From NCBI RefSeq assembly GCF_009834535.1, contig NC_045697.1, forward strand, positions 81,036,001 through 81,100,000: 64,000 nucleotides of DNA, given 5' to 3'. The notes beneath the pieces were generated by a model. The model saw nothing but the letters and a program-made list of their open reading frames with translations. It did not search any database and was not told where the DNA came from. Position numbers and translations under genes: made by a program. This DNA is from Camelus ferus (lineage: Eukaryota). This document shows positions 39,720 through 53,225 of the stretch, piece after piece. Position 1 is the first letter of the stretch, and each line of letters begins with the position of its first letter.

Positions 39720-41200
39720 TGTATATATCAGATTGTGTGCTAAGGTTATGTTATTACAGAGTCTGGTTGGGAAATTCAGAGTTACAAGAAAGATAAAATC
39801 TTATCCTCAAGTAATTTACAGTTCAGTAAATAAGGCATATTAACAAATAAACAAATAAATTGCTCTGCCATGAAAGGAACATGTTATGTGTACAGTATGG
39901 ACACAAAAGAGAGAGAAGCAGGATCAGGAAAGATTCTCAAAAAAGGAAAAAAAAGAGCAGATGCTTGAAATGAGTCTGAAAAGATGAATATATTTCTTCC
40001 AAACTGACCAGAGAAGCACCTTCCAGGTAGGAGGATCCCATGATGCACCACACTGGGAGGCATATTGCAATGAAATAACCTGGCCAATGGCAAATGCCAG
40101 GAACTCAGTACTGCTGGACTAAAAGAAAGATTATCATGAGAAATAGAAATCAGAAAGATACAGAAGTCCTACATCATGAAGAACTAGTATGCTGGTCTGT
40201 TCTGCCATTTTCCCAGAGAGAGCAGAGAACCAGGAAAGATATTTAAGCTACAAAGTGGAAATTCACACTGGTTAGAAGATGAAGTAGAAGAAAAAAAGAG
40301 CAAAGACATACAGAGGTTGTTTTTGTTTTGTTTTGTTTGTTTTGTTTTGTTTTGTTTTGTTTTGTTGAGGCTGGTTCAGTGATCCCTGGAAGGACTGAAG
40401 AGGTCCTAAGGAAAGCAGTAGTGGGGATGAGGGTGGAGGGGAAGCAGAATGAATAGATTTTGGTTATCTTCTGGTTTGGGGGTAGGAAGGAGAAGGTTAA
40501 ATAAGTCTTGATTGGATCTCAGGTTTCTGCCAAGAATACTTACCAAGAACAGTAAAACAGAGTAGGAGACATTTCAGTAAATGAAGGTGAGGTCAGTTTT
40601 AGACATGCTGACTTTAAGGTGTCTGCGGTCATTCAAGTGGCAATGTCCTGTGGGCACTTGGCTATATAGATCTGGAGCTCAGAAAAGAATGGGTTAGTGG
40701 TTCAGTTTTCAAGCATATCAACGGCAGTTGAATCACTGGGTTAAGTGTTTAATGAGAAGTGTTCGTGTGCAATGAGAAGAAGGAGTGCACACAGTTTTAG
40801 GTTATGTCAACATTAAACAGATTTCTGGAAGACCGACAGTCAGGAGAAGTGATTGGAAGAAATCCTCTGAGAGATAAAAGGAAAACGTATGCAATACATG
40901 TAGGAGAGGCGGAGGAATGAGTTTCCAGGAGACAGAAGTAGACAATACTGCGGCAGAGAAGTTGAAACAAGTTGAGGACTTAAACCTGTAGATTGAACTG
41001 ACTGATTCAAAGAGTTGCCAAGGTAGAAATTATTTTGCAGTGGGTAAACCAGGAAAGCTGGGTGAGAAAATGAACACATTGAGCATAAATTATCAATTTA
41101 AGTAATGTGACTTTAAAGAGTTGCTATCACTCTTCAGACACTGTAGAAAAGAAGTGATGGTGAGATCGGCTATAGCTGAATGTGAGTGTGGGAACAGGCC
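39720..41200 (-). mobile_element. Long degraded L2
   Basis: Purine-rich antisense L2, e.g. 'ggtcagttttagacatgctgactttaaggtgtctgcggtcattcaagtggcaatgtcc..gatctggagctcagaa'. Confidence 0.8.
40317..40366. repeat. (GTTTT)n simple repeat
   Basis: Read directly from the sequence. Confidence 0.9.
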
Positions 41201-41803
41201 CTATTTTTCTCAGAAAAGTAGGAGGCCAGGGGGATGGGGCTGAGCAATGGGGCAGGTGGCTGGATGAGGGAGGCTGCTACCTGACAGCCCCACATGAATA
41301 TATTTAAGGTACCATACGTTCAACCTATGGAAAAGCTAACTCATGATCACACTGAGAACCTTGATCTCTATTTTTAGCTCTAAATCCACAGAGTAAATAT
41401 GTACTTTATGTGGGTATCTCGAAGATAGCTTGAAATGTAAGTCTGCCTTGTCAAATCTTGTCTCTCATCCTTCAAAAGCCAGTGTCTCTCTATCCCATTT
41501 TGCCAGCTAAGTAAGTATCTCCACAATCTGCTCATTGTGCTCTGTGTGGCTGCCACTATTCCAGCCTAAGCTTCTGTCATCTCTTACCTACATAGTGCAG
41601 TATCCACCCGCATGTAAGCCCCTTACAAACTGGGACCCTGCCTGGTTTGTTAACCATCCTGTTCCCACAGCCAGGAAGAGGGGCTGGGGCTGTTCCTTAG
41701 TAAATGCTAAATGCGTAGGGATGATTAAATGAATTAAGGAACATCTTCCTAACTGATTTCCTGGCCTCCCGTTTTACTCTATCCATATTTCCTTTCTCAA
41801 AAC

Positions 41804-41964
41804 CCGTAGCTACAAAGCATGGTCTGTGGACCCACAGTAGCTGCCGCATCTGGGAATTGTTAGAAATGTAGGCTCTTGGGCCCCACCCTGGGCATACTGG
41901 ATCAGAACCTGCATTTAACAACATTTGCAGGTGCTTTGTAGGTACATGGGATTTGAAAAGCTCC
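41804..41964. mobile_element. MER5A-like hAT MITE
   Basis: 'gcatctgggaattgttagaaatgtaggctcttgggccccaccc..actggatcagaacctgcatttaacaa..tttgaaaagc'. Confidence 0.88.
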
Positions 41965-41989
41965 CAGGTCCCCAATGCTCTAAGTAGCA

Positions 41990-42615
41990 TTCAGAGAGTT
42001 CTTTCAAAATGCAAATATAGTCAGGTCACCCACCCTTTTCTTAAAAAAGATTCAGTGGCTTACCTGGCTAAAGATTAAAATCGTTAATATATCTGAGGAC
42101 ACAGCTTAGTCTCATCCCCCACACCTCCCCGACCAACCTCCTTTCCCACCTGGGTCCCATTCAGCCACTGCAGCCTTCTCTCAGATGCCTGAACACGCCC
42201 TGCCCCTCCGACCCCAGGGCCTGGACTCCTGCTCTTTCTTCCGCTTTGCTCACTTCTGTTCTTTCGCCAACGATACCTGTCACCTACTTGCCTCTTCCTT
42301 GTCTTTCAAATCTCATGTCAATTTTAATTTTTACTCAGTAAAGCTTTTTTTGGCTCCCAGATTCCTTTTCTATTTAGTCACAGAGACCATGCTTCTTTCC
42401 TATGTGGTATTTAGCAAAGTTATGTTCTACTATTATTTTCTGGTGTATTAGTAATTGTTTGATTGAAGGCTGGCTCCACAATTGGGCTGTGAGATCCTTG
42501 GAGGCAGAAAAAGTGCCTGTTTTGTTCCTTGTAATATCTCAATTGCCAGCAAGGTGTTTAAAATGATAGATATGTATTTAAAGACAAATGAAAGCAAGGA
42601 AGAAAGAATGAATTG
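41990..42615 (+). mobile_element. L2 3' fragment
   Basis: 'ctttcaaaatgcaaatatagtcaggtcacc..cagtggct..gggctgtgagatccttggaggcag' ending in an L2-like tail. Confidence 0.7.
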
Positions 42616-44662
42616 ATTTTTTACAATGAAGTCACCAGGGAGTATGGTAAGACTTGGAGAGAGAAAAAGAAAACTGAGAGAATAGTTCTACAGCCCTGAA
42701 TTAATAAGGGCCACGGTCATATATGTGTAACTTTCAGAGGCCATCCAGAAGCTGTATTAATAATCTGACCAGGGATAAAACAAAGCTCAAAGTGCTAAAA
42801 AGTCACAGAGGAAAAACAAAGAGTCATTGAAATTAAAAAAGAACTAAGTAAGTGATTTCAATATTGTTAAAAATAGTAATCCTGCTTTTTCTTTGAGTTT
42901 ACTACACCAGACAGTAGACACTCCCCAATCAGTAGTTTGAATTTCTTAGCCACCCTACAGAGCAGGTATTAGTATTAATTTCCTTATCAGAACATGGGGA
43001 TAATGAATTCAGAAGAAGAGAGTGACTTCCCCAGGTTACATAGCCGATGGGAGCTTAAGATTGCTTGAATCCAAAGCAAAGTTATTTTCACTCTTTTATG
43101 CCCTGTCCTTGTAAACAAATATTATTTACATAGTGCTACTTCACCATGAACAAATTTTAAGTCTTTAGTACTGAGAAGAAAAACACTTTGAAAAAAATAA
43201 AATCTATGAAAGCTTCTTTTTATTAGAATTTATTTGTAAAAAATGCAATGTGTGCTCTTTGAGAAAATGAAATTTCGTATGTTGTTAGCAAAGCATATAC
43301 CAACAGAGAACAGATTGAATAATGAAGAGATCCACCAGTTCATTCATCAGCATGGTCTGCTCTTATAGACAAAGGCTACAATGTAAGACAATATTTTACT
43401 TGGTATGCAAAGTTTGAAAAGTTATCATCAGAGGTTTATATATATTTGGAATATTTTATTTGCTTGAGGAAAAACTGAATATATATATATGTGCAATCAG
43501 TAGGACATTTTCAAGCCAAAATCCAGCCTCCAAATAAATTAATGAGGGCAGAAGTAACCAGATAGCAGTATCTGACCAGAAGTACCGCCTTGTGCTTGTC
43601 CTAATAGTAACAGTGCTCGAGGTCACAACGGCTGACTTTTGAATCTAATATGTCAGTGCCTTTCAGTACACAGTCCTTGTTGATGTCAACCTAAATACTT
43701 TACTTCAGGAAGAACAGAATAATAGAACAGATTCTCAAGGCAGTGCTGAGGTTAATAAAAAAAAAAGTCATAAATATACAACATAAGGGAAAACTAAGGC
43801 TGGTAGGAACTAGCATAGTAGTAAAACTTGTATTTTCTCATTAAAAAAGGAAGTGTTCTGAATTTTTTTAAGATGAACATTCTCATTGTAAATGCATTTT
43901 TTCATTACCATATAAGGCCCAGTAATTGTATCTTGTAAACTGGCCTGGAGGGTCGCATGAGGTCCCACAGAGAGGAACTGCTGCAGTGAACACCACTGTC
44001 CCTTTCAGCAGGACCTTGCTGCGGCTAAGTGTGATTTTTTTTCCCTTCTCGATGCTAAAGGTGTTTTCCCAGCTGATAGAATTAATGGGGGGAAGGAATT
44101 GGCAGGGATGTGACACTAATAATCCAGGGAATTAAAAAAAAAAAAGAATCATAGTATCCTTTGCTGTTCAGGGCCATTTTTGCTCACCACATCTGAAATT
44201 ACATCCATTGTATGATTTACAGGCATCTTTCTTTTATCTAGAGAGTCATCTAGATCAAAACAGTAATATAGCTTTGTTGACAAATGCCACAAAGCCGACT
44301 TTATTCTCAGGGTCCATCTTGAATTTCTGCTGAGTCACAGGCAACCACAAATGAACCTGATGCCAATCTCAGAATGATCTTTAATGCTGGGCTGCCCATC
44401 TTGGCAACCTTGGTTTTTCAAGGGTTTGTCCAGTGCTGCGGTGGTACACCCAGATCAGGTAACTCACCACCACTCCCAAGGGGGACATCTTGCTGGGAGA
44501 AGTCAATATTATGATTCCCATGCCTACTTATAAGGTCAAAAGAGTTTTCTGGATATTGAATATTTGGCAAGTTCCAAAAACTAGAGAGTGAAACAAATGG
44601 TTTCAAAACAGCTGAATACAGTAAAATTTTATTACCCCTCAAGTTTAGATAATCAAATACTT

Positions 44663-44683
44663 TGTGTGTGTGTGTGTGTGTGT
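44663..44683. repeat. (TG)n microsatellite
   Basis: Read directly from the sequence. Confidence 0.9.
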
Positions 44684-45431
44684 ATGAAAATCTTGAAAGC
44701 TGCTTGAATTTTCATTCCCTTGAAGGGCCAGGAACTTCTAACGGCTTTCCCTGTGGCTAAGATCAGAGGAGGAAGTACATTGAAGGAGATATTTTTCCTA
44801 AGTGACATTGTTTCTAATTCATAGACCCAGGGATATGAGAATGGGTCATGTGGTTTAAGAAGTCCACAGTATGGAGATTTGCGGAAATAACTGCCCAGGC
44901 TGGAAGCGTCATCAGCCTGTCGGGTTGTTCCCCTGGACAAGCACTTTTATAGTTTGCTTTAAGAGACCACTGTGTAACCTTCACGGGCCAAACATCTGCC
45001 CAGCAGCACATGATTAAACTCTCAAACATACATAAAAGGAGCGCTGCTGGATATTCTTCTTCAAACTGGCTGATATTTCAGGCTTTGCAGTGTAGTGTGT
45101 TTTTATAACAGCTTGCATTATAAGGAAAGGCTGTGTAAGTGGAAGAATAAGCAGCAGTGGTTGAAGAAAGGGAATGTGGCAAGCTGCGTGTCTTCCTGAA
45201 ACTATTAGAGGCATCTCGGCAATTCAAAATTCAGTCATGTTTATTGCAAATTCACATGCATTCCAAATTACCTACCTTGTTCAAAATTATGTGTTGAAGT
45301 CTAGCCCTAAAGATGACAGTGTTGAGTATTATTTCTTATATAATTTCAGGGGAAGAGAGAGGTTGATACCTAACTTATTATCATTATTATTAAGCACAGG
45401 TAGTGCAGGTAGTAATGGCGTAGTACTGAAT

Positions 45432-45682
45432 CACGGTAGGCGATCAGAGTGGATAATCACACAGGTACTGCTATCTGACTCTCTGGGTCCAAACCTCAGC
45501 TTTTTGATTTTTGTTGGCTGCATGACCTTGGGTGAGAGATAAGCCTCACTAAGCCTCAGGTTCTTCATCTGTGAAATGATTGTGATAGTATTTTCCTAAC
45601 TGGGTACAGGATGTTGTGGGCCTCAAACCTTGTAAGACATTTTAGACAACACCTGGCAAGTTGCCAGCATTCAATAATTGTT
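45432..45682 (+). mobile_element. MIR SINE
   Basis: 'gctgcatgaccttgggtgagagataagcctcactaagcctcaggttcttcatctgtgaaatg..acctggca..ttcaataa'. Confidence 0.85.
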
Positions 45683-46109
45683 TTCCTTGCCTTTCCTAAC
45701 TTCATTAATGCTACCATTTTTCTTTGGCTGTATATATATATTCATATCAATCAGGTCCTTTGAATTGGTTTACTCTTTATTAAGGAGACTTTGAAAAGCA
45801 TAATTGACAATATTTGGGTTTGCTGAGTGTGAGGTGGTAATTTATTTATCGCAGATAGGGTAAAAAGAAGTGACTAGTCACTCATGCACATCAAATCTGT
45901 CATCTGGCATTCACAAACTTAGTGACTAGCCCTAGGTGACTCTCTGTATCATTATTTTTTAGACTTAAGGGCTTACAGTTTTCCTCTACATTTTAGAAGA
46001 TCTCATCTGGAGGTCTTGTATCTAAAGAACATACAGATTCAAACAGATTAGAAGTCAATTCTCTATTAATGTCTTTGGGCTAGTTAAGAACTTTTGTGTG
46101 CTTTTTATT

Positions 46110-46700
46110 GCCCTTCAGGACAGTCCTTCCTGAGTGCTCCGTATGCTATAGATGAACGCAGAATATGATGGATACTTATTGTGATAGGCAGTAAGCCGTG
46201 TACTGGGACATGAGAAATCATGAGAAAGAGAGCACCCTGACCTTCCAAGAGCTTACTGTCTGGTGAAGAAGGCAAGAGTAAAGAAGCAAAGCCGAATGTG
46301 GGGAACACTCTTACGTTTCCACAAGGCAGATTCTTGGGCAGAAAGGGGGGAATGGCCAAGGAGGGGTTCTTCAAAGAGTCAGTATTTGAGCAGATTCCTA
46401 AATGAGAAGTGGTAGTAAACATGGAAGAGAGGAATCAGAAAGAAAGGGTATCTTTGGAAAATCCATGGTGTGCTTGGGGAGCCACAGATTTTATTTTCAG
46501 CATTCATGGAGAATCCATGAATAGGATGGCAGGGCCCTGAGGCCGAGTAAGCAGAGCTACATCACAAAGTGCTGTGCAAGGAAATTTAGTTTTTACTCAG
46601 AAGGCAGTTGGAGCCATTGAAAAGCTTTGAGCAGGTATATTTTGTGACATCTGGTTGTGAGGGAGGGAATGAATTTTGGGGTGGTGGCAGGTAGACTAGT
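46110..46700 (-). mobile_element. L2 fragments
   Basis: 'gatacttattg..gtactgggac..ccctgaccttccaagagcttactgtctgg..ggagccattgaaaagctttgagcagg'. Confidence 0.7.
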
Positions 46701-49194
46701 TAGTCATAATCTTAGAGGAGGAGTTACGAGCCAGCTGCTGTGGGTTCTTCGGATTATAAAGTTGTCAAGGAATGCAGCTTCAGATGAGTTGTAAATCTAA
46801 TTGTATCCAAGAGGAGGAATGGAAAACTAATGCTCAGGTAAGCCTTTGTAGCCCCGATTGCTTATTGTCTAAGTATTCATTTTCACATCAGTTTCTCTGG
46901 CCCAAAGCGTTTTGATTTTTGTTTTGTTTTTTAAAATATTGATAATTATATTAGAAATTGGAGTAAATGCAAAATGACTGTCTTACTGGCATTTTGTTTA
47001 ACCGCAAATTTTTCACCAGTTCCCTGATGACAAGTCTGTTATCCCTCTTGCCAAATTGTCTAAAACTGAAATGGCCATGTTGTCCAGCAATTTCGCTATG
47101 CACATGTATGTATTATCTTATTTCTGCCATAACAACACTCTTTCAAAAAGTTATTACGTATTTTTATGTTAAAGAGCAAACACAGCTTCAAGAGGTATGA
47201 AGGAATTTTTCCAGAAAAATATCTTAAAAATATTGAAGGTGAGTGGGACTGGTTACCAGTGGAAGAAGCATGCAGGCCTGAGGTAGTTTTATGATAAGAA
47301 AAAATATATATGTTTATTTATTAAAGATATTTTGCCAAATGCCCACATAAGGGTGACAAGCTTCAGTTTAATTTTACTTCTGTGCGTGTGTGCCATTTTA
47401 AAGATTATAAAGGGATTCACACAATTTGTGCTGGTCCCTGGGAATGGGTGGCTTTGATAGTTCACAGAATATTTGGAGACAGGCATGAATACATTTAAGA
47501 CATTACATTACACTTGTAATATTATATATGTATATATGGCAGAAAGCTCTATGATTCAACAGAGCTCAGAAAAAAATTATTCAGATAGAATTTGAGGGAG
47601 GGGAACAATGGTGGTGGTGTCTGAGCCACTGTTGAAAATTTTGGAAAGTTTTTCTGTTAAAGAAAAGAACTGTAAAAATTTACAAGCCTCAAAAAAATTA
47701 AAGCAGAATCAGTGGAGCTACCTAAGCCTAGTTTTTTACCCAAGGCTTTTCTAACTTAGAACTGAAATGGGATTTAGAACAAACAAGAAATTCATTATTC
47801 ATTTACCTTTCATTTGTGCTGATGCTCCCTTTTTTTCAAGCGTGCTCACATCCTGGTGAATTTTTAGGACAAAGAAACTTAAAAATATCTGGGAAATGAG
47901 TATCAGCAGCACAAAAAGGGCCTGAGAGAGACTTTGGAGTTGATCAGAGGATGAAAACTTCTTAGTTTTATGACTTCTTGAGAGGAGTTTCCTGCCGAGA
48001 TAGAGACAACAAGTTGTTTTAATTAGGGTATATTTTATCTGATGGTTAGCAAGAGGAGAACTATACTTCTCTATAGTGACCAGTGAAACTACAAAAAATA
48101 CATAGAATGTATCAAGAAAAATGGCACAGCACGATACATTGAATATCTTACCTAAAATGAAGTTATCATTTGAAATTATAATATATCTCTGAGATGGTGT
48201 AATCCCTTTGTTTTTATACATTTGGTTAATAATGACGGTTTTTAAGAAAAAAAATCAATGTTATAAGTTAATATACCTGAAAGAGATCTTGTAGTAGTCA
48301 CCAGGCCATGATGTGCAGCTTCTCTCCTCTTGCACATGGTGAGAAATGCAGGGCTGCTGCTCTGTTAGCACATTAGATGTCAGCTTGACCTTCATTTGTA
48401 AAGTCAAAGAGCTCCCTTCCTCCCCTCTTCCTTCCTCCCTCCTTCCTTCCATGTGTCTATCTTTTTACCTATTGCTTTTTTAGGAAAAAGCATCTTAGTG
48501 TGATTTTCTTCCTTCTTTGAGTTTTCCATTTGAACATTTTCCTAAGCAATGTTAACTTTTTCTTACAGGTAATGGTATCACTGGAGGTTATTGAGCATAG
48601 GGGTATTCTGGCCGTGAACTTGAGGATTAATTGGTGGGATTACAGTCTGGAGGACAGGTGGCCATTACAGTAGGTCACATACGAGAGCCTGGGGCTTGGG
48701 TTGGGTTGATAGCAGTGGAAATGGAAGGAAGAGATAGTTTTGAAAAGGAGGGAGCAGAAGGACTTGTCAATTGGCTCTTTGAGGAGTGAGAGCTATAGTT
48801 GTAGGTAAGGATTCAGCTATCCCTATGATGGGGAATAAATGGAAAGAGAGTAAAATAGTATAAAGTGGTGGCAGTGGATGTATCTTGGGAGAAAAAAATT
48901 TTTAAAGACATGTCACCTGGACAGTACATCATATCGGAGGGACAGCCTTATTATTTCCCTTAGCTGTTCACGTAGCAAGCAGTCTTAGTAATGACGGGTG
49001 GCTGTGCTGTCAAGACTGGAGAAGCATGCTGTCCAATACCACTTTGCTTACTTTCAATAAAAATTCTTAAGATATGATAAAGGATGTCAAGGAGGCGGTA
49101 GACACCAATTAGCCGATTCTGGTTAATTTTTGTCAAGATAAAATAAAATTCCCTTCTTCTGCATGCACAGGTGTGTATGTGCATGACTCCTGAT

Positions 49195-49445
49195 TACAGT
49201 TATTACAACCATAACTAAACTACGAAACACTTCCTCAGTGGCAGGCAGCGCGCAAAACGCTAATAAGCATGATCACATTCACTCCTCACAGCAACCTTTG
49301 AAGCCTTATTATTTCCTTTTCATAGATAAGGACACTAAGGCTCAGAAAGATGACAAAATTTGCTGAACTTCCCAAAGCTGCCTGGAAAATGTTAGAGCCA
49401 GGATTCTAACTCAAGTCGTCTGACTATAGAGTCTCAGTTCTTAAA
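49195..49445 (-). mobile_element. MIR SINE
   Basis: 'tcctcacagcaacc..ttcatagataaggacactaaggctcaga..agagccaggattctaactcaagtcgtctgact'. Confidence 0.85.
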
Positions 49446-52400
49446 AAAATATGCTTTACTCTCAAGGGACATAACTTCTTTATGGATTTACTTCATCTCC
49501 AACTTCTTCACATCATGTGGAGAGTGGAGGACTCATTGAAATGCAAAAACGTAGTGTATCACAACTTCTTGATCAGGGTAGAGAGAATACTTGCGGTCTG
49601 GATTTTCGTGGGGAAACATAGAAGGGTTTCTCCTCCTTCTCCAAGAGCATAAAATGTGGAGGCATCAGAGCTGCCATATATGCATTTAATTTAGTGCTAT
49701 TTCTCTTGAGGTAATTCCTTTATAGGCTGTAATATTTCTTGGTGCTGCTTTAGCACAAGGAGCTAAAGAGATTTCCCCTCTTACTTGATCTTTCAGATCT
49801 GAATTGCTTTACCTCTTCTCTACCTCTCAAATTTCTACTCTTTCAACAAGACTCAGGTCAGACTGGATTTCTTCATAATCCCAGGGAGTTAGTAGCTCTC
49901 TTTCTGGGATTACCTAGCACTCTGTGTAAGACTCTCACAACACGTTACTCTGAGCAATCGGATCACGCGGGCAAGGATCATACGTCCTGGCATTTCCTAT
50001 TACCTGACCCGTAGTAGAAATATATCAGAGATTGTTGAGCTAATGTATAAATAAAATGACGTAGGTGTATCTCAGAGTATCACTGTGAGCCTTTCAAGTT
50101 TGAATTTAACAGCCCTTTGTTCTAAGGATCACGAATGACTTTCGGAAGTCCTGAGGTACTATAGAGATTTGGTGAACAAAACACTTCATTTATGGGCCAA
50201 ATGAAACTGTCAAAGTAATTTTACTTGAAAGCCATAATGCACATTGCCTGACTACATTTTAAAAAATATGACTGTTGATGGTGCCGTCTTCAATTTTTTC
50301 TTTCCTATTCTGAATCTATTCTTGATTGCCCTGTGTATCATTTTGCTGTTCAGAGCGATGTCCAATTATATTTAATTGCATCACTTTCACACTTAAAATT
50401 TCCACCATGGCCGATTTTTCTGTGTTCCCGGATGGCTTTCTGGGCTTTCTGAGTAATCTATTATTTTTTTAATTTCCAATTTGAAACAATGACATGCTCA
50501 ATTTGCTTCTTATGTTTGTCTAAATATATATGTCTGCAGATATCAATTGCCTTTATCCATTCTAGCAAAATTGTTTAATTCACTTTAATTATAAATTTGC
50601 TATGTTTTTGCTCGGACCCGGCACACTGCGAGATGCAACAGTTTTCTTGCTGTAACAATGCTATTTCTCAGATGGCAAGTTACTGTGCCAGAACAATCAA
50701 ATGACCTGAGTAGTTAGCCGAGGGGGATAATGGATGCAAAGGAAGGATTTATTTGGCACACTTAGCCCAAGATGATTATCTTTTTTGTTTTTTTCTCCCT
50801 TTGGAAAAGAATAAGTTTTATACACTACCAGGCAGAAATGATAAAAAGAACCATTTTTTCTAACTTCTGATTTTAAGTAACGTATTTAGATTTATTCCTG
50901 AAACTTCAGTGAAACCAGTTTCTCTGAATGAAGTTATGCTTTCATTTACATAGAAGTAGAGAGAAAACCCTCTTCTGTGCCTTCTAACAATGGATAGAAA
51001 AGGCCTTGCCTGGCAATGGAAGCTGAGTCAAGTATCAGCAGATGAGATAGTCACATAATTTTCTCCAAGTTGAACTCACTGCCTATCGTGTTTCCAACCA
51101 GAGGCAAATACTTGACCGTGAGGCAGTATGTCAGCAGTTAACCATCTAAGCAGCTGCTGTTAGAAGGTTACCATTTGCACAGAATTTTATCTTTCCCCCA
51201 AGTACATTGAAATCACAGTAAATTATAATAATTTATAACCAGTTGTTTCTGCAAGCATTTCCTGAGCCCCAACTACATCGGTCTGTGGAGGCTAAAGCAC
51301 TTGACAGAGTACGCACCGCCCTTGGGCAGCTCGCAATCTATGGCGGCCACCGGGCATCACCCACACTAACACCAGCGAGATGGCTGCTGTTAAGGAGGCT
51401 TTCAGAGAGCTAATGAAGGCCATCGGAGTGACCTACCCAGGGCCACAACTGTGAGGGGCCGGTCAGGTGTTAAACCTTTGCCTTAGACATCATCAGAGCT
51501 AGTGTAAGACTTGAACTCCTAATCTACCTCCTGCCACGAGTAAAATGCACAAAGGTTTCAATACTGATAGAAACTGTCAGAAAGACTAAAGATTAATTCT
51601 TAGTTTTAATACTTAGAAACAGAGCAAACAGCATTTCCTAAGCCTCAACTTTCTCATCTGCAAACTACAAAATTCTACCTTATAATGTTGTTGTGAAGAC
51701 AATATATTCAGTAATCTTTGTACATCATGCTCAGTAAATGGTGACTTGATTTTAGTAAGGCTTTGTATGTGAACTTTGCAATAGTACAAGATTGAAGGAA
51801 AAAATAGAGAATTTTCTAAACAGACTTTAGCTCTTCCTTACTTAAATGCAGTCCAATACAGCTTCTAAATTTAGAATCCATGTTTGGAAAAATCTGTAAT
51901 CTGTCCCATAGAAAGCTGAGGAACAGTCTGGAAGTAATCTTGGTCACAGTGACCTCCCTCTGGCCCTTGCTTTCTTTCTTCTTTCCCTTTCTCCTTCCCT
52001 CCCTACTTTCCCCTTCTTTCTTTCCCTCTTTCTGCACTTGGGGTACATTTTATTTGTCTCTGTTAAGGGAATTATTATCTCCAGTCTTCTTGGAAGAAGG
52101 GGAAATACAAAGGCAGCACAGAGGAACAGGGCTTACAGTTTCAAAAGAAACCTGGTTCGTGCTTATCTATTCTGGAATCTGAGGAAATTGAACTCTGAGA
52201 GTGCAAATATCAACGTTTCTAGTGGTCAGTATATTGAGGGAGTCAAGGAATGAGCAGAAACAGCATCAAACAAAAGAAAACCAGACAAACTGAACCAAAC
52301 AAAGCCCCATGCATGTTTTCTTCCTGCTCTTGGAAGTTACACCTACCTGCTAGTCACAGCTGAATAAGCAAAACCTTCAGCCTAAAATCTATATATTTAA

Positions 52401-53166
52401 ATTATTACCACATAAATGATTATTCTCCTGATGCACTTGGCAGTTAACATGTTTGTTTAAGGAAGGAATATATTAACTTTAAGCAAAAAGGATTTAAAAT
52501 GTCAGTAATTTGAGCAATTCCTTTAACAAAATTCTATACTTTTAATTAAAAGAGACTATTTCTTTTCAGGGGGTGAACTATCCCAATTTCAATTGTTCCC
52601 TGTTCCTCTTGTTTTTCTTCTCTTTAATGGAATCATTAGACAACTAGGGTAGAACTTCATGGATTTTAAAGAAAATCTTTCTCCTGCAAATTCTTTCTCA
52701 ATTTTCTATGCGCAAGAAGAAGGGATTTGTTGTGCGCCACGAGCAGAGGGGGATTACTAAATGACATTTTGAATTGTTAGTGTTTTGTATGATTTAGAGA
52801 CATTGGATTTAGTGGGTTCAATTTTAATCTATTTTACAGGAAAGTGTCACTGTGTATCATGTGAAAAATATACTTTCTCAACTGGGACACAAAACATGAA
52901 AATACTGCTTTTAACCATTCAATATATCTCCCAGGGTAAAAACAAAAACTTTGTCTTTACTTTTCCAAGTTAGGCAGACTATTTTTTCCACACTCTTCAC
53001 CCTAGATTAATTATGATGTCTGAAAATCACTGGCTGTCCTATCATTTAATATGCTTCTTGTTTTAATGTTTACATATCATGATGACAAAGCATTTGACTT
53101 CTGCAATGCAATTTTATCTTAATTAGGGTAAGTAAAGCACTTTATCATGTCCAAATAAAATATAGT

Positions 53167-53225
53167 GTTTTTTAAAATTTATTTTATTGAGGTAACACTG
53201 GTTTATAACATTATATAAGTTTCAT
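53167..53225 (-). mobile_element. Tiny L1 3' end
   Basis: 'ttttattgaggtaacactggtttataacattatataagtttca'. Confidence 0.65.

Noticed and set aside
39720..42615. Opposite-strand L2 pair as a long dsRNA hairpin
   Set aside because: The copies are too diverged to pair extensively, and L2 fragments are common here on both strands
3524..47245. Strong + strand donor-like sites (AG|GTRAGT at ~3707, 6111, 29686, 47238) as exons of a spliced gene
   Set aside because: The count is about what chance gives in 64 kb, and upstream sequences give no recognisable or consistent reading frame; lncRNA exons cannot be excluded without RNA-seq
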